In this document: piece by piece, positions 1-11,354 of the stretch
Layout of the letters: each line of letters begins with the position of its first letter
How positions within the stretch are numbered: the first letter of the stretch is position 1
NCBI GenBank assembly: GCA_051027215.1
Contig: JBPCXR010000086.1
Span: 798 to 64,797, forward strand
Reading direction: 5' to 3'
Length of the DNA stretch: 64,000 bases
DNA from: Pseudomonadales bacterium
GTDB lineage: Bacteria > Pseudomonadota > Gammaproteobacteria > Pseudomonadales > Azotimanducaceae
Program-made: the position numbers and the translations under genes
The notes under the pieces: model-generated
Told to the model about the DNA's origin: nothing
The model's database searches: none
What the model saw: the letters and a program-made list of their open reading frames with translations, nothing else

Positions 1-701
1 GGTGCAGTGTCTGAGCGGGCGACGCAACGTACGCTGAAAACTTCTTGAGCGTTGCGCGGTTGTTGGTTCGAGCTGGTGGAGCGCAGGTGGTAGCTTGGTA
101 GCTCGAGCCCAAAATCTGCCCGGGTTGTGAAGCTCATCCAACTGGTGGGGGATCGAGGCATGAGCTCGTGACCACCAGCATGCCAACTGAGCGCGTTTTC
201 TGCTGCAGTGGCCAGCGCCCAGTAGCCTTGGGGTTCCCGCTTTGCGCAGTGCGCCTTTGCCTGGGCGAGGGTGGGCCGCGATTGGCTCGGAGGCAGGGCG
301 GTCCAGTTGCTCCAAATGATTCCGGTTTGGCTGTTTAGCCATGCGCTGGTGCCGCTAGGTTCAGCGACTTCTGACCATCCGTTCTGGAGACTCCGAGTTT
401 TGCGATAAGAGATTGTTCCGGCAAAGCGTGGCGCAAGCTGTTGCCGCACAGCTACCACCTCTAGCTGCGCTTGTTTCGCCAGCTCACGTTCTCGAGTCCA
501 GTCGTTGTACATAACCTCACCGAGAACCGTGAAACCTCCATGGATGGGAATAGGCCACAGTAGCACGGCCACCGCCATGAACAGCAAAGCGATCAGCGCC
601 GAGAGCACAGCGCCAAAGCGGCGCAGTTTGCGGTAGGCGAAGAAGCTGATGCTGCCGGCGACAATCAGCGCGAATCCGTAGTAGAACGCTAGAAAAAGCA
701 T
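1..701 (-). CDS. partial membrane protein with a DUF1566/Lcl-C-like C-terminal region (3' end runs off the window)
   Basis: Read by hand on the minus strand from ATG at 701-699 (MLFLAFYYGFALIVAGSISFF...). There is no stop before position 1, so it is absent from the ORF track. It has two hydrophobic N-terminal segments. TGIIWSN...AKAHCAK..GYWALAT resembles the DUF1566 motif pattern. Confidence 0.45.
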   Translation of the reverse strand, partial: MLFLAFYYGFALIVAGSISFFAYRKLRRFGAVLSALIALLFMAVAVLLWPIPIHGGFTVLGEVMYNDWTRERELAKQAQLEVVAVRQQLAPRFAGTISYRKTRSLQNGWSEVAEPSGTSAWLNSQTGIIWSNWTALPPSQSRPTLAQAKAHCAKREPQGYWALATAAENALSWHAGGHELMPRSPTSWMSFTTRADFGLELPSYHLRSTSSNQQPRNAQEVFSVRCVARSDTA

Positions 702-789
702 CGCCGCACCCTAACCTACTGTACCCGTTGGCAACAGATGCGGCTGCTGATCGTTAGGCTCAGAACAAATTTTAGCAGAAGGCTAGCCG

Positions 790-1167
790 TTAACGGCGAG
801 TCGCTATGGCGATGGTGTTGCCACCCGGGTCTTTGAAAAATGCCATCCACTCTTCCGTTCCCGGATTGTCGAACGTGCCCGAATCGTCCCGATGAATGAG
901 ATGCGGGTCGCTATCAAACTGCACGCCCCGATTCACGAGGGTCGCATGCGCGTCGTCGATATCATCGACCCAGAAGTACAGCACTGCTGGCGGATTACCT
1001 TTCTCGAATAGGATTCGCGTTCCTGCGAATTCGAAGAAGAGGATTCCCGGCGGATCGAAGTCAGCAATGTAGCGCGCGCCGAGTGCGTTGGTGTAGAACG
1101 CTTTCGTCTCTTCTAGATCAACTAGATTGGCACCAACTTGATGAATGCGTGTTATACGCATTGGCAA
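790..1167 (-). CDS. VOC (glyoxalase/bleomycin-resistance/dioxygenase) family protein
   Basis: 125-aa ORF with a VOC-like beta-alpha-beta pattern (RIHQVGANLVDLEETKAFY ... FFKDPGGNTIAI). It is divergent from a MarR gene. Confidence 0.7.
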   Translation of the reverse strand: MPMRITRIHQVGANLVDLEETKAFYTNALGARYIADFDPPGILFFEFAGTRILFEKGNPPAVLYFWVDDIDDAHATLVNRGVQFDSDPHLIHRDDSGTFDNPGTEEWMAFFKDPGGNTIAIATRR

Positions 1168-1182
1168 TGCTCCAGCTATTTA

Positions 1183-1197
1183 GTTAGCATTGCTAAC
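1183..1197. promoter_or_regulatory. candidate MarR operator, a perfect 7-1-7 palindrome GTTAGCA-t-TGCTAAC
   Basis: Palindrome read directly. It is centred in the 50-nt divergent gap between the VOC gene (start 1167) and the MarR gene (start 1218). Confidence 0.5.
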
Positions 1198-1217
1198 AAT
1201 AGTGTTGAGGCGCCGTT

Positions 1218-1646
1218 ATGTCAATCTCGTCGGATCTTGTCACGCTGAACTCTGCAATCACGCAACTCATGCGAACCTTCAGGTGGGTTGATGAAGCGCA
1301 AGGTGTCGGTCGAGCGCGATTGTCTGCGTTGGCTGTTCTGCATTTCAGTGGGTCCTGTTCGCTATCCGAGCTTGCCCGAGCAGAGATGGTCACTCGAGCG
1401 ACCATGCATCATGTAGTTGCTGGCTTGGAAGGGGATGAACTGATTGTGCGTTTGCCAAACCGCGAAGATGCTAGAAGCCAGCGCATCGAGCTCACGAAGC
1501 TGGGCAGAAGGGTTATTACCGCGGCGCATCAAGCCAGGCTGGACTTTCTTCGCTCGCTTATTCCCGGCACATCTGCAGCTGAGCTTGCTAACGCAGCGAA
1601 AGTCCTGAGTCGTCTTCGTGACAATGCACGGCAAGAGGCGCTTTAA
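1218..1646 (+). CDS. MarR family transcriptional regulator
   Basis: 142-aa ORF with a winged-HTH pattern (LSALAVLHFSGSCSLSELARAEMVTRATMHHVVAGLEGDELIVR...DARSQRIELT). Confidence 0.8.
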   Translation: MSISSDLVTLNSAITQLMRTFRWVDEAQGVGRARLSALAVLHFSGSCSLSELARAEMVTRATMHHVVAGLEGDELIVRLPNREDARSQRIELTKLGRRVITAAHQARLDFLRSLIPGTSAAELANAAKVLSRLRDNARQEAL

Positions 1647-1700
1647 TGACTGCACCCGGTCTACCAGAGCCTTACTCGAACTACATTCAGAGGTTAGGGT

Positions 1701-2399
1701 ATGAACAACACCTGGCTCGAACAAGCAATCGGGAACAACGTTCAGTGGTGCGCGGCCGTTGGTCGCGCACAGGGGGTAGCTAGCGAGATTCAGCCAAGGG
1801 CTTGGATCAGTAAGCGGCCGATGCCATTGCTCTACCCGAACCTAATAACGCTAAAGCCGATAGCGGAAATCGATGACGAGCTGCAACAACTTCAAGGGCA
1901 GCTGCCCAGCGGTTGGGGGATTAAAGACAGCTTCAGCTCTCTGCAAATTACTGATAGAGGCTTCAAGGTGGCTTTCGACGCTCACTGGTATGTGCGAGCA
2001 CCTGAGGCGGTCTGGCCAGGGGGCTTGGAAAATGACGATGTGGTTTTTGTGGTGGAAACCTCGTTGGAGCTCGATGAATGGACCTTTGCGTGGGGTCGAT
2101 CGCAAGGCAACGCAACTTTTCCTGCGCCGTTGCTGAGCGATCCTGGCATCGACTTTGTGTTTGTCAGGCGAGCGGGTGAGGTCGTTGCGGGTTTGGTTGC
2201 CAACCTAAGTGACCAGGTCGTCGGGGTGTCCAATGGGTTTGGGGCAGCTGCGGATTTGCTTGGCTGTATTCAGTCTTTAGCCCAGCGCTATCCCAATCGG
2301 GCGATCGTCGGCTACGGCAGTTCGCTAGAGTTAGCGACGCTGGAAACTGTTGGTTTTACTGCGCTCGGCGATTTGCGAGTGTGGCTGAGCAGTGCGTAG
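1701..2399 (+). CDS. hypothetical protein (possibly an acyltransferase-like fold, not established)
   Basis: 232-aa ORF directly downstream of marR on the same strand. I recognise no diagnostic motif. Confidence 0.55.
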   Translation: MNNTWLEQAIGNNVQWCAAVGRAQGVASEIQPRAWISKRPMPLLYPNLITLKPIAEIDDELQQLQGQLPSGWGIKDSFSSLQITDRGFKVAFDAHWYVRAPEAVWPGGLENDDVVFVVETSLELDEWTFAWGRSQGNATFPAPLLSDPGIDFVFVRRAGEVVAGLVANLSDQVVGVSNGFGAAADLLGCIQSLAQRYPNRAIVGYGSSLELATLETVGFTALGDLRVWLSSA

Positions 2400-2440
2400 T
2401 GACCGAGCACAATGGGGTCTGGACGCTCGAGGTGTTGGTT

Positions 2441-3259
2441 TTAGCCAATCTCTAACAGAAATTTCATCAGCAGTTCGTTGAGCTCAGCGGGCGTCTCCAA
2501 CGGGATCAGGTGTGCGGCTTGTGGAACAACAGCGCGCCTACAGTTGTGCAACCACGATGCTAACTGGTTGTGTCGCTCAATGATGAAGGAAGCGTCCCGG
2601 CCACCTTCGATAAGCAGCACCGGGCATTCGATTGTTGAGATTTTTTCGGCTGCCGAGCCCGGTTCTCGTTCTTGAGTGAGCTCGATTGAATTGAGAGCGA
2701 TACCGTTCATGTCCAAAAAGAGCTCGCGAGCCTCAGCGGTTACTCTGCCTGCTTCACTGTGCGGACCATCCAGCCAAAGGTGAGCTTCAAGTCGATTCAG
2801 TGCTTCTAGGTCGTCACGCTCGTCTGCGGCATCGATCTGAGCGATAAGCGCAGCCTCATGGGCATCTGGGTTAGGCGCATTGGCACCCGAGTAGGTTGCA
2901 GAAATCAGCACAAGTGCTTCGATCTTTTTCGGGTATCGAATGGCAAAGTCGATCGCGATCCGTGCACCCTGTGAGCAACCGACGAGAATATGTTTCCCAC
3001 CCTCGACGGATTCAACGACGGCGAGAAGGTCGTCTACCTGTGAAAAGGGTTCGTCCGTTGCGCTGGTTTTGCCGAAACCACGTCTATCGAAACTTGTGAT
3101 GTTGCATTGGTTGGTCAAGCCAGCGAACTGGCGAGAGTACATACGGGTATCTGCGACACCGGCATGGAGAAATATTAGGGATGGCTTCGCCCCGGGGCTG
3201 TGAACTGATTGTCCTCGGATGATTGCTGAATCGACCTGCAGCTCAAAGGACTTAGGCAA
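2441..3259 (-). CDS. alpha/beta-fold hydrolase
   Basis: 272 aa. It has an HAG oxyanion-region-like LIFLHAGVAD, a nucleophile elbow GCSQG and a C-terminal His region (AAHLIPLE). Confidence 0.8.
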   Translation of the reverse strand: MPKSFELQVDSAIIRGQSVHSPGAKPSLIFLHAGVADTRMYSRQFAGLTNQCNITSFDRRGFGKTSATDEPFSQVDDLLAVVESVEGGKHILVGCSQGARIAIDFAIRYPKKIEALVLISATYSGANAPNPDAHEAALIAQIDAADERDDLEALNRLEAHLWLDGPHSEAGRVTAEARELFLDMNGIALNSIELTQEREPGSAAEKISTIECPVLLIEGGRDASFIIERHNQLASWLHNCRRAVVPQAAHLIPLETPAELNELLMKFLLEIG

Positions 3260-3266
3260 TTGTCGC

Positions 3267-4718
3267 TTAACTCGCGAGCCGAGCCCGCAAAAGCTCGTTT
3301 ACTGTGCCGGGATTGGCCTTGCCTTGAGTGGCTTTCATCACCTGACCGACAAAGAAGCCAAGCACTTTTTCTTTGCCTGCTCGGAATTGCTCGACCTGCT
3401 TTGGATTGGCCGCAATGATCTCGTCGATGATGCCTTCCAGCTCGCCGCTATCGCTCATCTGCCGCAGGCCGCGTTCATCGATGATGCGATCAACGTCGGT
3501 GTCACCAGCGGCGTCCCACAGCGCTTCGAATACCGTCTTGGCAATCTTGCCGCTAATAGTACCGTCCTTGATGCGGGTGATCAGCACTCCCAGCTGGGGC
3601 GCATCGACGGGCGCATCGCTCACGGCTGTGTCGGTGCGATTCAGTGCTGCGCTCAGCTCGCCCAGCACCCAGTTGGCGGCGAGCTTGCCATCGCCGCTGA
3701 CGGTTGCGCTGGTTTCGAAAAACGTCGCCAATTCTGGATCGCTGACAATTTGGGCAGCGTCATAGTCTGTCAGATTCAGCGTTGCGACATAGCGGCTACG
3801 GCGCGCATCCGGCAGCTCTGGTAGCGTCCGCCGAATCTGTTCGATGTCTGCTTCGGTCAGCACCAAGGGCATTAGATCGGGGTCAGGAAAGTAGCGGTAG
3901 TCATCGGAGAGCTCTTTGCTACGCATGCTACGGGTTTCGCCACGCTCCGAGTCGAATAGTCGGGTTTCTCGGGCTATCTCCCCACCGGCTTCTAACACTT
4001 CGATCTGGCGATTGATCTCGTATTCGATGGCTTGTTCAACGAAGCGGAAAGAGTTGATGTTTTTGATCTCGGTGCGAATGCCCAGCGCGTTCTCGCCCGT
4101 TGGCCGCACCGAGACGTTAGCGTCACAGCGCATGCTGCCCTCTGCAAGGTTGCCGTCGCATATACCGAGGTAGCGAACCAGGCTATGCAGCTGTCGAAAA
4201 TAGGCAGCTGCTTCTGCGGGCGTTGACAGCTCTGGTTCGGAGACCACTTCGAGTAGCGGCGTGCCTGCTCGATTCAAATCGATGCCAGTCTTGCCATCGA
4301 TGGCATCGTGGATCGACTTGCCGGCATCCTCTTCCAAATGCGCTCGAGTCACGTTGACGGTTTTCTGGCTACCATCGTCTAGTGTGATGGTGAGCTGACC
4401 CGTGCCGACAATGGGTTGCTCGAACTGGCTGATCTGGTAGCCCTTGGGAAGATCTGGGTAAAAATAGTTCTTGCGATCGAAAACCGAGTGATGGTTGATC
4501 TGCGCGCCGGTTGCCAGGCCAAACAGTACCGCTTTTTCCACGGCGCCCGCGTTGAGAACAGGCAGCACGCCAGGAAGACCCAGGTCTACGGGGGAGGCTT
4601 GCGTGTTTGGTTCTGCGCCGAATGCGGTGCTGGTACCGGAGAAAATTTTGCTTTCGGTGCTCAGTTGCACGTGCACCTCTAGGCCGATGACGGGCTCCCA
4701 GGCCGCCGACCAACTCAT
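3267..4718 (-). CDS. gatB: Asp/Glu-tRNA amidotransferase subunit B
   Basis: 483 aa. The N-terminus [21 protein letters not shown] is typical GatB. It overlaps the gatA stop. Confidence 0.95.
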   Translation of the reverse strand: MSWSAAWEPVIGLEVHVQLSTESKIFSGTSTAFGAEPNTQASPVDLGLPGVLPVLNAGAVEKAVLFGLATGAQINHHSVFDRKNYFYPDLPKGYQISQFEQPIVGTGQLTITLDDGSQKTVNVTRAHLEEDAGKSIHDAIDGKTGIDLNRAGTPLLEVVSEPELSTPAEAAAYFRQLHSLVRYLGICDGNLAEGSMRCDANVSVRPTGENALGIRTEIKNINSFRFVEQAIEYEINRQIEVLEAGGEIARETRLFDSERGETRSMRSKELSDDYRYFPDPDLMPLVLTEADIEQIRRTLPELPDARRSRYVATLNLTDYDAAQIVSDPELATFFETSATVSGDGKLAANWVLGELSAALNRTDTAVSDAPVDAPQLGVLITRIKDGTISGKIAKTVFEALWDAAGDTDVDRIIDERGLRQMSDSGELEGIIDEIIAANPKQVEQFRAGKEKVLGFFVGQVMKATQGKANPGTVNELLRARLAS

Positions 4719-6199
4719 CGCGCCGACTCCTGCGCGGTTAACGGCGGGTGCTGGGTGTGCCAGTCGCTACGCTGCTGATAGGCATGGCCCAGGGTAAGCA
4801 GGGTTTCTTCGCCATGATGGGGGCCAATGAGTTGTGCACCGATGGGCAAGCCATCGACGAAGCCGCAAGGAATGCTCATTGCCGGTAGGCCGGCAAGGCT
4901 TGCCGGAATGGTATAGATGTCTTGCTGGTACATGCTCACAGGGTCGGCCAGTGCTCCGAGCTTGAATGCTGCTGTGGGAGTCGTCGGGGCGAGGATTGCA
5001 TCAACTTGCGCAAAAGCCTGGAGGAAATCCTGTTGAATGAGCCGGCGTACCTTTTGCGCCTTTAGATAGTAGGCATCGAAATAGCCTACCGACAGTGCGT
5101 AGGTGCCGGTCAAAATGCGCCGCTTGACCTCATTCCCAAATCCCTCGCTGCGGGAGCGACAGTACAGGTCTTCGAGAGAGCTCGGGTTAGCGGCGCGGTG
5201 GCCAAAGCGAACACCGTCATAGCGGGACAAGTTGGTAGAAGCCTCCGCGCCGGCGATCACATAGTAGGCGGGCACGGCGGCCCGGGTGTTAGGCAGTGAG
5301 ATGTCTACTGTGGTGTGGCCCATGGCCTCAAGCTCTTTGCGCACATTGTCCAGATGCTCGGCACCAACCACTTGCCCGTCGTAGTACTCTTTGGGTAAGC
5401 CGATGGTCAGTGCTGTGGCAGGCTCCGCTAGCTGCGCTGCCTTTTCCAGCTTGAGCTGTTCTAGCCAAGGGTTTGCTGTTTCAAGACTGGTGGAGTCACG
5501 GTTATCGAAGCCGGACATATGCGCCAACACCAACGCGATGTCGTTGACGCATCGAGCCATGACCCCTCCCTGGTCCAGGTTGGGGGCGAAGGCGATCATG
5601 CCGTAGCGAGAAACGCGACCGTAGGTTGGCTTCAAGCCGCTAATACCGCAGTACGCGGCCGGCTGCCGAATCGAGCCGCCGGTGTCGGTGCCGGTGGCGA
5701 CCGCGCACAGGCCTGCGGCTACCGCAGCGGCTGATCCACCGGAAGAGCCGCCCGGTACATAACTAGTATCCCAAGGGTTGCCGACGGGACCAAAGAAGCT
5801 GTTCTCGTTGGATGAGCCCATTGCGAACTCATCGAGATTGGTTTTACCCAATGTCACGCAACCTGCTTCTTGCAGACGTTGGACCGCAGTGGCGTCGTAG
5901 GGCGCAACAAAGTTGGCCAACATGTGCGAACCGCAGGTGGTGAGAACACCTTGGGTGCAGAAAATGTCTTTATGGGCGATGGGTAAGCCCAATAGGGTTG
6001 TCGCAGCAGTACCTTTGGCCCGTTTTGCGTCTGCAGCGGCGGCCTGAGCTAAGGCTGGCTCTGGAGTCACGGTGATATAACAGTTCAACTCAGCGTGAGC
6101 GCTGATCCGATCCAAATAGGCCTGACACAGCTCGACACTGCTGAACTTTCCGGCATCGAGCCCAGCGCGGAGCTCAGTCAAAGAGGCAAAAGGGTTCAC
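4715..6199 (-). CDS. gatA: Asp/Glu-tRNA amidotransferase subunit A
   Basis: 494 aa with the amidase signature [14 protein letters not shown]. Confidence 0.95.
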   Translation of the reverse strand: MNPFASLTELRAGLDAGKFSSVELCQAYLDRISAHAELNCYITVTPEPALAQAAAADAKRAKGTAATTLLGLPIAHKDIFCTQGVLTTCGSHMLANFVAPYDATAVQRLQEAGCVTLGKTNLDEFAMGSSNENSFFGPVGNPWDTSYVPGGSSGGSAAAVAAGLCAVATGTDTGGSIRQPAAYCGISGLKPTYGRVSRYGMIAFAPNLDQGGVMARCVNDIALVLAHMSGFDNRDSTSLETANPWLEQLKLEKAAQLAEPATALTIGLPKEYYDGQVVGAEHLDNVRKELEAMGHTTVDISLPNTRAAVPAYYVIAGAEASTNLSRYDGVRFGHRAANPSSLEDLYCRSRSEGFGNEVKRRILTGTYALSVGYFDAYYLKAQKVRRLIQQDFLQAFAQVDAILAPTTPTAAFKLGALADPVSMYQQDIYTIPASLAGLPAMSIPCGFVDGLPIGAQLIGPHHGEETLLTLGHAYQQRSDWHTQHPPLTAQESAR

Positions 6200-6206
6200 G
6201 CTGCGG

Positions 6207-6491
6207 CTATTCCACTACCCTGGGCACCAGATATAGCCCTGATTGGGTTTCCGGAGCAACGGCCTGGAAGCTGCTGCGGTCGACGCTTTCTGTGACCTGG
6301 TCGGCACGCAAACGCTGGTGAGTTTCCAACGGGTGAGCCAGCGGCGCTACGCCGTCGGTGTCGATGGCTTGCATGGCATCGATCATTTGCACGATGTTGG
6401 CGAGGTCACGCTGCAGCTCGGCAGTTTGCGCTGGATCTAAGGCCAACTGTGACAAACGGCACAAATGTGCAGTATCGATGGGATCTGACAC
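6207..6491 (-). CDS. gatC: Asp/Glu-tRNA amidotransferase subunit C
   Basis: 94 aa, in the gatCAB operon position, with a GatC-like sequence ([26 protein letters not shown]). Confidence 0.9.
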   Translation of the reverse strand: MSDPIDTAHLCRLSQLALDPAQTAELQRDLANIVQMIDAMQAIDTDGVAPLAHPLETHQRLRADQVTESVDRSSFQAVAPETQSGLYLVPRVVE

Positions 6492-6675
6492 TGGATTCAG
6501 GCTCCGGTCCGGGTCGTTTTGAGGCGGGGCAGTTTAACGCCGTGAGCGCGCTTGGGGTACAGATGTCGAAGTTACGGCACCGCGCCAGGTCCGACGTTGC
6601 TGGACAGTGACGCGGTTGCTAGAGTGCGCCCCGGCCCGCGACCTATACTCGCCGCATTATCTATCCTTTAATTGA

Positions 6676-7731
<1,056 letters not shown>

Positions 7732-7775
7732 GGCGCAGTTCCCTTACGGCGGAGGCCGACATTAAGGCGCTGTTT

Positions 7776-8609
7776 GTGCGCGAGTCCGGTGCCGGCCTGC
7801 TGCTGGCTGGTTTGCTGTTGCTGTCTGCTGCGCTGATTACGGTGGAGTACACCACACGCCTGTTGGAACAACCGCGAAGCATGATCGGTACCTTGGTGAG
7901 TCCGCTACGCGTGGTTGCCGAGGTACCCTATTTGTTGGGTGAGCAGTTTGGCGACGCCTTGTCCACGCGCGAGAATCTGATTGCTGACAATGAGGCATTG
8001 CGCCGCCAGGTGTTGGAGTTGTCCCAAGTTTCCCAACAATTCCTGGCTCTACGGAGCGAGAACGAGCGGCTGCGCGAGTTGTTAGGCAGTCGTCGTCGAG
8101 TGCCTCATGAAGTTCTGGTTGCCGAGTTGATCGGCGTGGTTCCTGGCCCATCGCGCCTGCAAATCATTATCGACAAGGGTTCGGATGCCGATGTTCGGGT
8201 CGGCCAAGCCGTCGTAGATGCGGAAGGGCTGTTCGGGCAGGTTGTCGCGGTGGACAAGTACACGGCTCGGGTTTTGCTACTAAGCGACTCGCTACACGCG
8301 GTGCCGGCCCAGATCAATCGAACTGGCCAGCGCGGCATTGTTAGCGGTCTGGGCGAAAACATCCGCTTGGAGATGGATGGCGTACCGGTTAATGCGGACA
8401 TTCGAGAGGGCGATCTTGTGGTGAGCTCGGGTCTTGGTGGACGATTTCCGGTGGGGTATCCGATCGGCCATGTAGACTCGGTTGTAGTGGAACCAACCTC
8501 AGCGTTTGCTCAGGTCAGTGTTCGACCCGCTGCGCAATTGGATCGATCCCGACATGTGTTGGTGGTGTTCCCGCAAGACCAGGCCAGTGCATCGAGCGTG
8601 GTGCCATGA
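7776..8609 (+). CDS. mreC: rod-shape-determining protein MreC
   Basis: 277 aa with an N-terminal TM, a coiled coil (ENERLRELLG) and beta-rich domains, in the position after mreB. It has a GTG start and the exact start is uncertain. Confidence 0.85.
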   Translation: MRESGAGLLLAGLLLLSAALITVEYTTRLLEQPRSMIGTLVSPLRVVAEVPYLLGEQFGDALSTRENLIADNEALRRQVLELSQVSQQFLALRSENERLRELLGSRRRVPHEVLVAELIGVVPGPSRLQIIIDKGSDADVRVGQAVVDAEGLFGQVVAVDKYTARVLLLSDSLHAVPAQINRTGQRGIVSGLGENIRLEMDGVPVNADIREGDLVVSSGLGGRFPVGYPIGHVDSVVVEPTSAFAQVSVRPAAQLDRSRHVLVVFPQDQASASSVVP

Positions 8610-9100
8610 ATCCCGGCAAAGGCGGCTGGCTGATCCTGTTAACGATTGTTGTGGCGCTCATAGCAGCCATCGTCCATTTGCCCGAGAGTTGGCCGGCTTG
8701 GCTCGGCTGGTTGCGGCCTGCTTGGGTGCCGTTGGTGCTGTTTTACTGGGTGATGGCTGTGCCACATCGCTTGGGACTGATTACCGCTTGGCTCCTCGGT
8801 TTGCTGCTGGATGTTTTGCAAGCGGAACCGCTGGGTCTGAATGCCATACTGTTGGCTAGTATTACGTTCGTTGCCTGGCGGTTTTATGAGCGGCTGCGCA
8901 TGTACGCTGGTTTGCAGCACAGTTTGCTGCTGTTCTTTCTGCTTTTGGCCACCGAGCTCGTGCGTCGGCTTGTGAATTTGCTGATGACCGGCGAAGCGGT
9001 TGGCTGGATGTTTCTCTTGGTTCCGTTAATGAGCGCGATCGTCTGGCCTTTCGTTGATCTGCTGCTCGACAGCCTGCGTCGGCGCGTGCGAGTCGAGTGA
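8606..9100 (+). CDS. mreD: rod-shape-determining protein MreD
   Basis: 164-aa polytopic membrane ORF that overlaps the mreC stop, in the canonical position. Confidence 0.85.
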   Translation: MNPGKGGWLILLTIVVALIAAIVHLPESWPAWLGWLRPAWVPLVLFYWVMAVPHRLGLITAWLLGLLLDVLQAEPLGLNAILLASITFVAWRFYERLRMYAGLQHSLLLFFLLLATELVRRLVNLLMTGEAVGWMFLLVPLMSAIVWPFVDLLLDSLRRRVRVE

Positions 9101-9741
9101 TCCACGACGGCGTTTTTTCGCATTTACCGGCAACCGGGGTGTTGTTGGCTTCAGCCTCACCGCGCCGGGTACAGCTGCTTGAGCAGATGGGGCTGCGGGC
9201 TGTCAGCGCGCCAATGGAAATTGATGAGTCGATCCGTTCAGGTGAGGACCCTGGGGAATATGTTGCGCGAATGTCTACTTCAAAGTGTCGTGCGGCTTTG
9301 GAACACGGGGCAATCTGGCTACAGGAGAGGCCAACCGAGCGGGTGCTACTCGCGGCTGACACCATCGTGGTCGCCGGAGGGGCAATCTTAGGCAAACCCG
9401 CTAGCGATAGGGCCGCCGCAGACATGCTGCGATCGCTGTCGAATACCACCCACCAGGTCATGACCAGCGTTACAGCTCACGCTGGCGTTGCACGGCAATC
9501 GGTGCTGAGCGTCGCCAAAGTGCGGTTTAAATCCCTGACAGAACAGGACATTGCGGCCTATGTGGATAGTGGCGAAGGACGCGACAAAGCGGGCGGTTAT
9601 GGCATTCAGGGGATTGGGGGTATATTTGTCGAACACATTAGCGGCAGTTATAGCGCCGTAGTAGGTTTGCCGATCGCCGCAGTTGAACAATTGCTGGTGG
9701 ACCTCGGTATCGACACCTGGCGGCTGCGCGGTTATGGCTGA
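9097..9741 (+). CDS. maf: Maf-like nucleoside triphosphate pyrophosphatase
   Basis: LASASPRRVQLLEQMGL and KAGGYGIQG motifs, in the position after mreD. Confidence 0.9.
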   Translation: MIHDGVFSHLPATGVLLASASPRRVQLLEQMGLRAVSAPMEIDESIRSGEDPGEYVARMSTSKCRAALEHGAIWLQERPTERVLLAADTIVVAGGAILGKPASDRAAADMLRSLSNTTHQVMTSVTAHAGVARQSVLSVAKVRFKSLTEQDIAAYVDSGEGRDKAGGYGIQGIGGIFVEHISGSYSAVVGLPIAAVEQLLVDLGIDTWRLRGYG

Positions 9742-11236
9742 AGAACTCATCATCAACGTTAGCGACTTCGAGACTCGAGTCGCTTTGCTCGATCAGGGAA
9801 GCGCCTGTGAGGTGCACCTTGCGCGCGCGAACAACTACAGCCTGACGGGCAACATCTACCTAGGCCGGGTTGAGCGGGTGATACCCGGAATGCAAGCGGC
9901 ATTTGTCGACGTCGGCCTGGAGCGTCCCGGTTTCCTGCACGCCCGGGATATCGATGATCTGAAGCTGCCCGTCGGTGAAGACAAGGTCGAGCACCGAGAC
10001 ATTCGAGACCTGTTACGCACCGGGCAAGAGATCATGGTGCAGGTGGCGAAGGATCCCATATCCACCAAAGGCGCGCGGCTGACGGCGCAACTCGCCATTG
10101 CCAGTCGCTATCTGGTGCTCATGCCGTTCACCGATCACATCGGTATCTCCCAGCGCATCGAAGATGAAGCGGAGAAAGACCGACTGCGTGAGTTGGTCAG
10201 TAGCCTACGTGAGCAGCAAGACGTGCAGGTAGGATTCATCGTGCGCACGGCTGGTGAAGGCGTTGCTGCCGGCGCGCTAGAGATGGACATGCGCGTCCTG
10301 GTGCGCATGTGGGACAAGATTTTAAAAAACCGGCACGCGGCAGGTTGCCCCGGATCTATCTACCAGGAAATACCTCTGCATATTCGAGTGGTCAGAGACC
10401 TAGCCGGCCCGACGCTTGAACGGATTGTGATCGATCATCAACCCACTTTTGGAAGGGTGCGATCGTTCGTTGAAGAGTTTCTGCCCGAGTTTGCGGATCG
10501 GCTGGAGTTCTACGAAGAGCCTCGGCCGTTGTTTGAGCGCTATGGCGTTGAGGATGAGCTCAAACGTGCGTTGGGTAAGACGGTCGAACTCAAGTGTGGC
10601 GGCCATCTGGTGATCGAGCAGACCGAGGCGATGATTACCATTGACGTCAACACCGGCAAGTTTCTCGGTGGCTCAAACCTCGAAGACACCGTGTTTCGCG
10701 CCAACTTGGAAGCTGCGCAAATGATTCCCAGGCAGTTGCGCCTTCGAAACCTTGGTGGGATTGTAGTGATCGACTTTATCGACATGATCGATGAAGAGCA
10801 TCAGCGGCAAGTACTGCGTGCGCTGGAAAAAGCCAGCGAGTTGGATGCAGCGCGTATTCGCATCGAAGGTTTCTCGTCCCTAGGGCTGGTGCAGTTGAGC
10901 CGGAAGCGCACTCGCGAAAGCTTGCTGCAGCAGTTGTGTGAACCTTGCGAGCGCTGCACAGGTTCTGGGGTGGTGCGCACCGCGGCAACCACCTGCAGTG
11001 AGATATTTAGAGCGATCTCTCAAGATTCCGATCTTCGCTGCGGTGCGCTGCCGAAAGACGCCGGCGAATATCTGATTCGAGCGACGGACTCGGTGGTCGA
11101 TCGCCTCCTAGATGAGGATTCTGAGTCCCTGGCACAGCTGGGCCGCCTCATTGGTCGCGACATTCGCATTCAGATTGAGCCGAGCTACGGGCCGGGTCAA
11201 TTTGACATCGTTCTTGTTCAGGGCGTTCGACGTTAG
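9734..11236 (+). CDS. rng: ribonuclease G
   Basis: It has an S1 domain (GNIYLGRVERVIPGMQAAFVDVGLERPGFLH) and an RNase E/G catalytic core. I place the start at ATG 9734 (MAEELIINV), which overlaps the maf stop. The track ORF from 9683 is an upstream extension. Confidence 0.93.
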   Translation: MAEELIINVSDFETRVALLDQGSACEVHLARANNYSLTGNIYLGRVERVIPGMQAAFVDVGLERPGFLHARDIDDLKLPVGEDKVEHRDIRDLLRTGQEIMVQVAKDPISTKGARLTAQLAIASRYLVLMPFTDHIGISQRIEDEAEKDRLRELVSSLREQQDVQVGFIVRTAGEGVAAGALEMDMRVLVRMWDKILKNRHAAGCPGSIYQEIPLHIRVVRDLAGPTLERIVIDHQPTFGRVRSFVEEFLPEFADRLEFYEEPRPLFERYGVEDELKRALGKTVELKCGGHLVIEQTEAMITIDVNTGKFLGGSNLEDTVFRANLEAAQMIPRQLRLRNLGGIVVIDFIDMIDEEHQRQVLRALEKASELDAARIRIEGFSSLGLVQLSRKRTRESLLQQLCEPCERCTGSGVVRTAATTCSEIFRAISQDSDLRCGALPKDAGEYLIRATDSVVDRLLDEDSESLAQLGRLIGRDIRIQIEPSYGPGQFDIVLVQGVRR

Positions 11237-11354
11237 CGTTCACTTGCCCTAGCAAGGGCGAAATCGATCGGAAGCAAAGGGAAAGGATAGGAGTGAATTC
11301 GTCGTATCCGCAGCTGTCAAAGGAGCTGCAAAACCCGTATTTCCCGGTGTAGTT

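Noticed and set aside
786-797. 12-nt perfect palindrome GCCGTTAACGGC over the VOC gene stop codon
   Set aside because: It has no loop and no flanking U-tract. It contains an HpaI-type GTTAAC core and is most likely a chance occurrence.
3219-3824. 201-aa plus-strand ORF
   Set aside because: It is antisense to gatB, and the gatB call is unambiguous.
8862-9461. 199-aa minus-strand ORF
   Set aside because: It is antisense to mreD and maf, has an Ala/Arg/Ser-rich composition and has no motif. It is a GC-driven open frame.
9683-9733. Upstream extensions of track ORFs. The affected genes are rng (from 9683), rsmH (from 51425), murD (from 56700), murC (from 59466), mlaB (from 34650), ibaG (from 34919), petC (from 44124) and lptA (to 29472).
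   Set aside because: The extensions overlap the preceding gene and lack homology to the protein family. Internal starts abutting or overlapping the upstream stop match known N-termini.
11252-11268. Short stem after rng (TTGCCCT-agca-AGGGCGA) as a terminator
   Set aside because: No U-tract follows, and yhdP probably continues the operon.
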